Under the pieces are notes generated by a model. That model was not told the DNA's origin and ran no database searches. It worked only from the letters and a program-made list of their open reading frames with translations. DNA of 51,423 nt from Candidatus Woesearchaeota archaeon (GTDB taxonomy: Archaea; Nanobdellota; Nanobdellia; Woesearchaeales; GW2011-AR9): assembly GCA_018303285.1 (NCBI GenBank), contig JAGVYL010000019.1, positions 1 to 51,423 of the forward strand. Direction: 5' to 3'. The translations under genes and the position numbers were made by a program. Of this stretch, positions 18,247 to 25,782 are shown piece by piece (position 1 is the stretch's first letter; each line of letters opens with the position of its first letter).

Positions 18247-19209
18247 TTAATTCTCTTTTTTATTTCCAATCACTCCCATATACGCCAAGAACGCTTCAAT
18301 CTGCACAAACTCGTCTGCTCCTTCAGTCATCCTGAATTCCATCTCTCCACAGCGGTCGATCAGCTGCATCTTAGTTCTATCATCAAGAGAAAGACTCCAA
18401 ATCTCTCGCTGTATCTGTTTAATCATATCCAAGCCGCTTAAACCGCAGCTGAGCATCATCTCCAGCATTTTTTCCCGTGCCATCAAGAACTTCCCTTTGG
18501 CCGCCATTTCCAAAACCTCTTTTACTTCTTTAGGCTTGACTGCTCCGGCCACGATATAAACTCCTTCTTTAGTTATTTTCTTGTCAAGAACTGCGCAGCT
18601 TTGCAAAAGATTCTCTAATCTACGGCAGTCTCCTTCTGAAACTTCCAGCAAGACTTTTTTCGCTTCTTCTTCAACTTCTAAACCTTCTTTTTCAGTAATA
18701 TGTTTAATAATCTCCCCTACGTTATCTTCACTCAATGGCTTAAACCTAAAAATCGCGCATCGGCTTTGTATCGGCTCGATAATCTTAGAAGAATAGTTGC
18801 AGGAAAGTATAAAACGGGTCGTTTTAGTAAACATCTCCATAGTTCTTCTCAAAGCCTGCTGAGCTTCCCGTGTTAAAGCATCACATTCATCCAAAAGAAT
18901 TATCTTAAAGGGCACATCTCCCATCGCTTTGGTACGAGCAAAATCTTTTACTTTTACTCGGACAACATCGATTCCTCTTTCGTCAGAAGCATTAAGTTCT
19001 AAAAAATTGTCTCTCCAAGAAAGACCAAAGAGCTGTTTAGCAGTCACTAAGGCCAAAGTTGTCTTACCTACCCCTGCCGGTCCGGCAAAAAGCAGATGCG
19101 GCATGTTCTTCTGCTCCACAAAGGCTTTCACTCTAGAAACGATTTCTTCCTGGCCTTTGACCTCGTCAAACTTCTCCGGCCGGTACTTCTCTGTCCAGAT
19201 AGCAGTCAT
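18247..19209 (-). CDS. rfcS: replication factor C small subunit
   Basis: WTEKYRP..F.EV.GQEEIV, Walker A GPAGVGKTT, the DEAD-like ILLDECDALT and the SRC motif (IQSRCAIFRF). Confidence 0.95.
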   Translation of the reverse strand: MTAIWTEKYRPEKFDEVKGQEEIVSRVKAFVEQKNMPHLLFAGPAGVGKTTLALVTAKQLFGLSWRDNFLELNASDERGIDVVRVKVKDFARTKAMGDVPFKIILLDECDALTREAQQALRRTMEMFTKTTRFILSCNYSSKIIEPIQSRCAIFRFKPLSEDNVGEIIKHITEKEGLEVEEEAKKVLLEVSEGDCRRLENLLQSCAVLDKKITKEGVYIVAGAVKPKEVKEVLEMAAKGKFLMAREKMLEMMLSCGLSGLDMIKQIQREIWSLSLDDRTKMQLIDRCGEMEFRMTEGADEFVQIEAFLAYMGVIGNKKEN

Positions 19210-19257
19210 ACTTCTCTTTCAAACCCCTGCTTTTTTAAATATTTGTGGCTTAAAGAA

Positions 19258-19836
19258 TTAAACCTTAACTTCGTATTCAAAATAATTATTCCATGGATTT
19301 TCTAATCGCATCATCTGCTTTATGGTCAGATGCTCAAAATACCGCCGGAACGGCCGCATAGAATTCCCATGAGCTGAAATAGCTACATTGATTTTCTCTT
19401 TTTTCATCTTCCGCAGCAAATCTTTGATAAACGATTTCACTCTTTTTTCCACCATCTGGATGCTTTCTCCGCCAGGAGGAGCAACGGTATAAGACCTATG
19501 CCAAGTATCGAACTGCTTTTGGCCGTATTTCTTGATGATAGTGCTATGTTTCTTTCCTTGAAACTTGCCGTAAGAACGTTCAATCATTCTGTCATCAACA
19601 ATCACTTTCCGGCATTCCGGATGATATTTTAGCACTTCTTTCATAGTTTCTCGAGAACGAGATAATCTTGTCTGAAAAGCCAAATCAATTTTCTTATTTT
19701 TCAGCTTCTGCGCCACTTTCCGTGCATTTCCCTTGCCTTCAGCAGTCAGCTTAGAATCCTTCCAGCCAGTGAACTCCTTTGCCCGATTAAAAAAACTCTC
19801 TCCGTGGCGGAAAAGATATATCTTCAGCTTGGCCAT
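19258..19836 (-). CDS. histidine phosphatase (phosphoglycerate mutase-like) family protein
   Basis: The RHG motif (IYLFRHGESFFN) and the second catalytic His (SAHGNSMR). Confidence 0.85.
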   Translation of the reverse strand: MAKLKIYLFRHGESFFNRAKEFTGWKDSKLTAEGKGNARKVAQKLKNKKIDLAFQTRLSRSRETMKEVLKYHPECRKVIVDDRMIERSYGKFQGKKHSTIIKKYGQKQFDTWHRSYTVAPPGGESIQMVEKRVKSFIKDLLRKMKKEKINVAISAHGNSMRPFRRYFEHLTIKQMMRLENPWNNYFEYEVKV

Positions 19837-19871
19837 AGAGAAAACAAACTCTTAGAGAATATAAATGTTTC

Positions 19872-21233
19872 TCAATTGCCCCATGCCGCAGCCACTAATC
19901 TGGCCATTTTGCTGCGTTCAGTAACCTTCAATGGCACATAAGTAAAGATATCAGAAAGGAGTTCTTCCGAAATTCGTTCTCCGGAAGCTCTGCGTTTGGA
20001 TTCCTCCAAAGAATAAGAGATCAATCGTTTAGTGCCATTGACTAACCCGTTCCGTGTTTCATCAAGAGACGGTTCATCCACCTGATACGGATCCCCTGTC
20101 ACGATTATCTTGCATCCTTCCCTCGGCCGAGTAAGAACCGTCTGCAGTTCATGAGGGGTGAGATTCTGCGCTTCATCAACAATAAAGTAAGTACGAGGAA
20201 TGCTCCTTCCGCGCATAAACGTCACCGGCTGAAAATCTATAATCTTTAGATCCAACAATTCTCGTACTCTCCGCTGAGCTTTATCTGGCTGTTTGATTTC
20301 CTTTTCCGTTGCTGCAGATAAAGCATCAAAGATAGCTTCATAATACGGCAGTATCTTCTCTTCAGCTTCTCCTGGAAGAAAACCTATATCTCTTCCTACC
20401 GGGACCATCGGCCGCACCACAATCACATGATCATACTCCTGGCGGTCAATCGTTTGATAAAGGCCGGCTGCTAATGCAAGAAGAGTTTTCCCCGTGCCTG
20501 CTTTGCCTAGCACCGAAACTAGTTGGATAGACTTATCTAAACAGGCATCCAGCAAAAATGCTTGCTGCGGATTTTTTGCATGAATCCCGTGTGCGGAAAT
20601 CTTCTTATCCAAAAGATTCAATTTCCCGTGTTGATATTTGACTAAACTTGGCTCCTTTACAGAAGGTTCGCCATCCACTCGCACTAAAAGATATTGATTC
20701 TCTATCAAATCCTGATTAACATAAGGTAAGCATTTATTTTGGTACAGTTCCCCGATTTCCTCCTCTCTGAGAGAGATTCCTTCGCTCCTGCCAAGAAGGC
20801 CTTCCAAGCTGATTCCTTTTTTATCTGTCAAAAAATCCTGATTGTTTACTTTTTCCGCTTCTGCAAGAATCTGCATCACTTGATCATTTGTAACTAAGAT
20901 GACTTCTTCTGAATTAGAGGAATAGTTCTTGGCAAAATCTATTAAAGCTTGGTCAGTTTCTTTCTCTGCCCCGGAATATTTTACGATTGATAATCTTCCC
21001 CCCTGCTCATTTAGGGGCATATTTTCTATCTGGCGGCCGTTCTCTCCCCGCAATTTCTGCAGTTCTCGGATTACTGCCCGGGCATTTGCTCCCACCTCAT
21101 CGCTTCGGGATTTTTTATTGTCTAACTCCCGAATTACAGGAATAGGAATGATTACATCATTATCTTCAAAAGAATATATCGCTTTAGGATCATAAAGCAG
21201 AACATTAGTATCTAAGATGAATGTTTTTTTCAT
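19872..21233 (-). CDS. PIN-domain/PhoH-like ATPase fusion (PhoH2/YlaK type)
   Basis: N-terminal PIN (FILDTNVLLYDP), Walker A GKAGTGKTLLALAAG, Walker B YFIVDEAQN and GDPYQVD. Confidence 0.9.
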   Translation of the reverse strand: MKKTFILDTNVLLYDPKAIYSFEDNDVIIPIPVIRELDNKKSRSDEVGANARAVIRELQKLRGENGRQIENMPLNEQGGRLSIVKYSGAEKETDQALIDFAKNYSSNSEEVILVTNDQVMQILAEAEKVNNQDFLTDKKGISLEGLLGRSEGISLREEEIGELYQNKCLPYVNQDLIENQYLLVRVDGEPSVKEPSLVKYQHGKLNLLDKKISAHGIHAKNPQQAFLLDACLDKSIQLVSVLGKAGTGKTLLALAAGLYQTIDRQEYDHVIVVRPMVPVGRDIGFLPGEAEEKILPYYEAIFDALSAATEKEIKQPDKAQRRVRELLDLKIIDFQPVTFMRGRSIPRTYFIVDEAQNLTPHELQTVLTRPREGCKIIVTGDPYQVDEPSLDETRNGLVNGTKRLISYSLEESKRRASGERISEELLSDIFTYVPLKVTERSKMARLVAAAWGN

Positions 21234-21238
21234 CTTTC

Positions 21239-21820
21239 TTAAACCATTTCTTTTAGAAATTTTAAGATTTCTTCATATTCTTTATAAGGAATTGTCCCGT
21301 GGGGAATTTCTTGATTTCTGTTGACAAATGCTTTTGCTCCCCATTTTAACGCTCTTCCCACTGCTAAAGTCCTTTCTTTTTTTACTAACTGATGGACTAG
21401 ACCTTCGATAGTATCTTGTTTATATCCTCCGTCTGCAGAATCAATTATCAACGGATTATACCTAACAGAAATCTCGCTTTCAGGAAGCGGCTCCCCTCGT
21501 TTTTCTGTTTCTCCTGCAATCCAGGCAATTGCATCACCAAAACCCAATCTGCACTTTTCCTGGAATCTTCGCTCTGCATCCCGGATTACATTAAAAGGGA
21601 TATACTCTCTGCGATATTTCTCTCCCACGCGATAAAGGTAGTTGGGAGAATCTCTCCCTTCAATCCCCAGAACGATACAAGAATAAATCTCTCCTACCAC
21701 GTTGTCACTTAAAGAAGCCAGATGTTTGCTTTGTAGAATAGCATCTAAATCTCTTTCTTTAAATCTTCTTTCGTTTATCTGATACATCAGAAAAAACAAT
21801 AAAACGGCGTATATAATCAT
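21239..21820 (-). CDS. hypothetical protein with an N-terminal TM helix
   Basis: ATG-initiated ORF 5 nt upstream of the PhoH-like gene. No family recognised. Confidence 0.6.
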   Translation of the reverse strand: MIIYAVLLFFLMYQINERRFKERDLDAILQSKHLASLSDNVVGEIYSCIVLGIEGRDSPNYLYRVGEKYRREYIPFNVIRDAERRFQEKCRLGFGDAIAWIAGETEKRGEPLPESEISVRYNPLIIDSADGGYKQDTIEGLVHQLVKKERTLAVGRALKWGAKAFVNRNQEIPHGTIPYKEYEEILKFLKEMV

Positions 21821-21967
21821 TTCTCTTCTTTAAAATACGGAAAGCGACCATTATTTCGCAAGCAGTATATCCTCGAATGATAATCTCTTCTCACAACTTC
21901 TAAAAAAAGCAAAGGGTTATAAATCCCCGGCAGTTGCTTCTCGTATCAAATCAATGGAGGAAAAAAA

Positions 21968-22099
21968 ATGCGCGGAAAATCTGTTCGTTTCTTAGAAAGT
22001 TTAGGGGTAATGGAGTGCAAGATCTGCGGCCAAAAGTTTTCTTCTAAAGAATCCGTAGAGCGGGCACAATGCCCCAAAGGCTGCAAGCTGCCGAGATAA
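21968..22099 (+). CDS. small (43 aa) zinc-ribbon-like protein
   Basis: MRGKSVRFLESLGVMECKICGQKFSSKESVERAQCPKGCKLPR has CxxC...CxxxC. SD GGAGGA lies 8 nt upstream. It is below the ORF-track cut-off. Confidence 0.45.
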   Translation: MRGKSVRFLESLGVMECKICGQKFSSKESVERAQCPKGCKLPR

Positions 22100-22139
22100 G
22101 ATTAAATGAACAATATACAAAACATTGACATAAAAAATG

Positions 22140-22272
22140 TCCCCCCTCCCGGACTCGAACCGGGGATTCCTCGGTGACTATTGGCTGACTGAGTTTCATT
22201 CAGAGCATTTGTGCTTCGTCCCTCAGCGCATAAAGCTACAGCCGAGTGTTCTAGCCACTAAACTAAGAAGGA
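22140..22272 (-). tRNA. tRNA-Tyr(GUA) with a 60-nt intron after position 37
   Basis: Cloverleaf: acceptor tccttct/agggggg (three G-U pairs), D arm gttt-agtggcta-gaac, anticodon stem ctcgg/ccgag with loop cuGUAg..a, T arm cccgg-ttcgagt-ccggg. The D arm closely resembles archaeal tRNA-Tyr. Confidence 0.7.
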
Positions 22273-22310
22273 CAAATTATTTGGTTTATTTATAAAAATT
22301 GAGTAAAAAT

Positions 22311-22320
22311 CTTTTAAATA
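22311..22320 (+). promoter_or_regulatory. TATA box (cttttaaata) for the 894-aa ORF
   Basis: It shares the extended motif aatcttttaaataaccc with the rpl35ae promoter. SD-like GGGGTGATGGGGG follows, before the ATG at 22362. Confidence 0.5.
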
Positions 22321-22361
22321 ACCCTCTTTCCAACTACAAGTAGGGGTGATGGGGGAATATC

Positions 22362-25046
22362 ATGAGTATAGAAAACACCCTAATTTATCAGATTAAAGGA
22401 ATATTTTTAGCTAACAGCTCCAAAAAAACTGAGCAGAATAATATTGAAAAAATTTTCACCCCGGAAAGAAGCCGAGACACTGCCTTTGCCAGCCGCCTAA
22501 AACTCTTTTGGACCAGATTTATCGCCACTAATCAACCACCAACTCTTTCCAACTTTAGTCAGTACCTCCAACGCTTTGAAGTAGAAAACCGCTATGACTC
22601 GAAATATTGGTGGGAAGAACTAGCTCCCGGAAGAAGTTCTCAATGCGATGCCTGCGGAGCGCATATCTCTCGTAGATTAATCACTCTCTCCAATGATTCC
22701 CAGCTCATCCGTTTAGGAGACACTTGTGAACACCACTTAAAACAAGATTTCTCTCTCTTCGATTTAGACTTAGAATACAAGACTCATGCCAAAGAGAAAA
22801 AAAGAAAAACTAAAATGGCCGCCCAACTGGAAGAGCTGGTTCAAGCTCTGCCCGGATATCTCGCTTCTCAGCCAGAAAGATTTCTCAATGCGATTCGTTC
22901 TTCATTACGAGAAGAAATGAAACAAGAATACCGGGAAAAACTAGAAGGCCGTTTGCAAAACTTAGATTATTATCTTCAAAACCATTGGGTCAGCCAAGAT
23001 AACCTAACCAGAAAGCTCTTGTCCGAAATGCAGCCGGACGTCAACTTCCTTAACACTTTGCTGGCTAATCCTCATCTTTCTGACGAAGACAAACTTGCCG
23101 CCCGCAAATTGTGCGGTTCTCTTTCCGAATTGACTGCAGAAGAAGCAAACAAAATCTTCCAGCAGGTGCTCTGCTATAAATACATCAACCTGCCCATGAC
23201 CCTTAATGAAGTTGTTTCTGATATCAAATATCTGCACAAAAAGGGAAAGATTGCAGAAGAGAATTATCGGCGTATCAGTCCTCTGCTTGATTTAGAAGAA
23301 GTGCTGGTGATAGAAGCATTAACTATCGCCCATGCAGTACCTAATCTTTACCAGTTAAGAACTAAAGAAAATGAATCTTTTCTTGCTCAGTACTCCGAAT
23401 TCGCTCATTCCCAAAACTTTAGCCATTTATTAGACTGGTACCATGAGTTTATTATCGAAGGTAATACTAAGGTCGTTAAACCTCAAAAAGAAATTCGTGC
23501 AGCTTTGGAAAGTAAAAACCGCCCTCTTTCCGACAAAGAGCTAAAAATACTAAAACGCTGTTATGAAATCTCTTCGAACAGTTCTCCTTCATTAGAAGCT
23601 CTTCTCCGCGAGATTCCTATCGAAGAATTTCAAGAGATAACCAAAACAGCAGTTGTCATTTCCCGAAAGGCTGCCGTTGCTCAGAATGGATTAATCTTAA
23701 AAGGAAATTATCTTCCGGTAGAAGACTTGCCCCAGGCTCTTGTTTCCCAGCTCAGCTATGATACCCAGGAAACAGCAGAAAGAATCATTGACCGCTGGCT
23801 TCATTCTAGTTATTCTGAAGAGGGTTATCAAAAAGCCCGGAAAGAAAGCCAAACTGCTATCTCCGCCGGCCTTTTTCCTAACAATAAAGAATTTTTAGCT
23901 AGAGTAGCTAAAGCTCACGCGAAAATAAAAAATTATTCTTCAATTGAAGAATATTCTCAGCAAGGAAAAGATATTTCTGCTGTACTCTCGTTTATTGAAG
24001 AAGTAGAAACTGCGGGCTTAGCTCTGCCATACCACCGGTTTTCATTTCAAAATAGCTTCTTTCATCCAAAAACAATCGCATATATAGAACAGAGAGAAGC
24101 TATTTACCGGCAGAGTTTAGGAAAATTTTCTGTGGAAGAAATAAACCAGAAAATCTCTTTCCTTCAGGAGAGAGAGATTATTTCTCATCCTTCTGATTCT
24201 TTTCCCATCAGGAAATACCCTTCGGTTCATCTTTCTTTAGAAGATCCTTCTCAAAAAGTTTTTGAACGCGACAAAGCAGCCCCCTCGGATTTTTTTAAGA
24301 AAATCATCAGTTCTCAAAAGTTAGAAGAGATGTTAAAAAGAATAAATGAAGAATTTATAGAACTCACTCCAGAAAAAAAGAAGCAGTTAGAACGAACCTT
24401 ATCTTCCAAAGACAGATTTTTAGTTAAAGCTCTTTATCATAAAGAAATCTGCTTAGAAAAAGAGCCGACTAAGGAACAGGTATACTTCTCTCCGGCCGCA
24501 TGGGAAGAAATTGAAGCATATAATGCTCATCTGGACAATATCGCCGGATATGGCCGCTCCCTCAGCAAACTTTTCAGCGAAGGAGACACCCGCATCATGC
24601 TTTACTGCTTAGCAGAAAATCTTCCCTTACAGGTGGACTATACCGAGAGCACCCCTCTTTCTCGAGTGCCTACCCTTATCTCATCCGAGGATTGGCTTAT
24701 CCACCAGTATCAATTAGCAAAATATAATTCAGAAAATAAAAAGGAGTGCCGTTTCCGCTTAAGACCATTTGATTTTTCTCCGTTAATTGAATCCGGAAAA
24801 GAATTTCATCAGGACGGGAAAAAAGCCAAAGTGACTTTAGTCAATCGCTATTCGCCAGAGAGACACCACATCGGCCAGCGATTCGGAGAAGTGGTGGCTG
24901 CTTTGCCTGAGTTTCGTACTGACAAAGACAGCCATTGGCTTATCACCTCCCGCATCGATTACAAAGACATCAACGGCCTCCTCTGGAAAATATACCAGTT
25001 AAACCGAAAGGGAGGCATTGATTTGGCCGTAGAGTTAAGAGAGTAG
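22362..25046 (+). CDS. large (894 aa) cytoplasmic orphan protein, mostly helical
   Basis: Long ATG-initiated ORF. The only visible motif is an N-terminal Cys/His cluster CDACGAH-x22-CEHH. No TM segment or NTPase motif is seen. Confidence 0.75.
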   Translation: MSIENTLIYQIKGIFLANSSKKTEQNNIEKIFTPERSRDTAFASRLKLFWTRFIATNQPPTLSNFSQYLQRFEVENRYDSKYWWEELAPGRSSQCDACGAHISRRLITLSNDSQLIRLGDTCEHHLKQDFSLFDLDLEYKTHAKEKKRKTKMAAQLEELVQALPGYLASQPERFLNAIRSSLREEMKQEYREKLEGRLQNLDYYLQNHWVSQDNLTRKLLSEMQPDVNFLNTLLANPHLSDEDKLAARKLCGSLSELTAEEANKIFQQVLCYKYINLPMTLNEVVSDIKYLHKKGKIAEENYRRISPLLDLEEVLVIEALTIAHAVPNLYQLRTKENESFLAQYSEFAHSQNFSHLLDWYHEFIIEGNTKVVKPQKEIRAALESKNRPLSDKELKILKRCYEISSNSSPSLEALLREIPIEEFQEITKTAVVISRKAAVAQNGLILKGNYLPVEDLPQALVSQLSYDTQETAERIIDRWLHSSYSEEGYQKARKESQTAISAGLFPNNKEFLARVAKAHAKIKNYSSIEEYSQQGKDISAVLSFIEEVETAGLALPYHRFSFQNSFFHPKTIAYIEQREAIYRQSLGKFSVEEINQKISFLQEREIISHPSDSFPIRKYPSVHLSLEDPSQKVFERDKAAPSDFFKKIISSQKLEEMLKRINEEFIELTPEKKKQLERTLSSKDRFLVKALYHKEICLEKEPTKEQVYFSPAAWEEIEAYNAHLDNIAGYGRSLSKLFSEGDTRIMLYCLAENLPLQVDYTESTPLSRVPTLISSEDWLIHQYQLAKYNSENKKECRFRLRPFDFSPLIESGKEFHQDGKKAKVTLVNRYSPERHHIGQRFGEVVAALPEFRTDKDSHWLITSRIDYKDINGLLWKIYQLNRKGGIDLAVELRE

Positions 25047-25076
25047 TTCTCTGATTGCATAGAAATCCTAAGAAAC

Positions 25077-25084
25077 TTTTTAAA
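25077..25084 (+). promoter_or_regulatory. TATA box for tRNA-Glu
   Basis: ttttaaat is centred about 27 nt upstream of tRNA position 1. Confidence 0.55.
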
Positions 25085-25109
25085 TCACCTTTAAAGCAGA
25101 AAGAATATT

Positions 25110-25202
25110 GCTCCGGTGGTCTAGCTCGGCCAAGGACACAGCCCTTTCAAAGATAAGAACTAGAGAAAGGCTGTAACCCGGGTTCAAATCCCGGCCGGAG
25201 TA
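25110..25202 (+). tRNA. tRNA-Glu(UUC) with an 18-nt canonical intron
   Basis: gctccgg/ccggagt acceptor, D arm gtct/ggac, anticodon stem cagcc/ggctg with loop cuUUCa[18 nt]a, T arm ccggg-ttcaaat-cccgg. Close to archaeal tRNA-Glu consensus. Confidence 0.9.
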
Positions 25203-25204
25203 TT
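25190..25204 (+). repeat. 15-bp direct repeat, copy 1 (tRNA-Glu 3' end, cccggccggagtatt)
   Basis: Exactly repeated at 25348-25362. Confidence 0.85.
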
Positions 25205-25347
25205 GAACAAAGTGAGATAATCCGGCAGGGTTCCGGAACTTCAGAACTTGCGTTCTGAGAGTGCTCGGAAATGTTTCATTTCCGACACAGCAGTGACGAT
25301 ACCCCAAGCGAACGAAGTGAGTGGGGTTCCGGAACGAAGTGACGATA
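25205..25347. other. 143-bp hairpin-rich insert between the two copies of the tRNA-Glu 3' end
   Basis: Perfect hairpins tcagaac-ttgc-gttctga and tcggaaatg-ttt-catttccga. Internal direct repeats gggttccggaac (x2), gtgacgatacc (x2) and gaacgaagtga (x2). No plausible ORF. Confidence 0.6.
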
Positions 25348-25362
25348 CCCGGCCGGAGTATT
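25348..25362 (+). repeat. 15-bp direct repeat, copy 2
   Basis: Identical to 25190-25204. Confidence 0.85.
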
Positions 25363-25364
25363 AA

Positions 25365-25739
25365 TTAAATCCCAAATTTCCAGCTAAGATAAGCACTATG
25401 TACTTCTTCCTTCTGTGCAAGAAAATATAATCGTGTTAGTTCTTCATCACTTAGTGGAACTTTTTTAGCTGATTCAAACCTGCTATCGGATTTAAAGCGT
25501 CTGTTCTGATATACATACAATTGACCATTGACTACCTTAATTGGTGCATCATTTGGAATCGGCTCTTCATTTTTCTGTCTTAAATCACTGGCTAATTTGT
25601 TTAATACTTCCTCTAAACTGTTAAAACTGCTGGCTTCAGCCAAGACTTTATCATTTTTAAATAAAGTAACATATTTTTTGTTATTTTGCGGATAAATCCC
25701 TACAGATAACAGATATCCAACATTTGTTTTTAAGTTCAT
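25365..25739 (-). CDS. hypothetical protein (124 aa)
   Basis: ATG-initiated ORF. No family recognised. Confidence 0.55.
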   Translation of the reverse strand: MNLKTNVGYLLSVGIYPQNNKKYVTLFKNDKVLAEASSFNSLEEVLNKLASDLRQKNEEPIPNDAPIKVVNGQLYVYQNRRFKSDSRFESAKKVPLSDEELTRLYFLAQKEEVHSAYLSWKFGI

Positions 25740-25782
25740 TTTTTCCCCAGCTCCGCTATCACCAACTAAAAAGAGTAGTGCC

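Noticed and set aside
25080-25307. 75-aa minus-strand ORF; similarly 50616-50801 and 50621-50809
   Set aside because: They overlap tRNA genes and the structured insert, so they are not credible coding regions.
25205-25347. C/D-box or H/ACA sRNA, or a long non-canonical intron of tRNA-Glu
   Set aside because: No RUGAUGA/CUGA box pairs in the correct order and no ACA tail after a pocket hairpin. The first copy of the 3' end already completes a normal tRNA, so an intron is not required.
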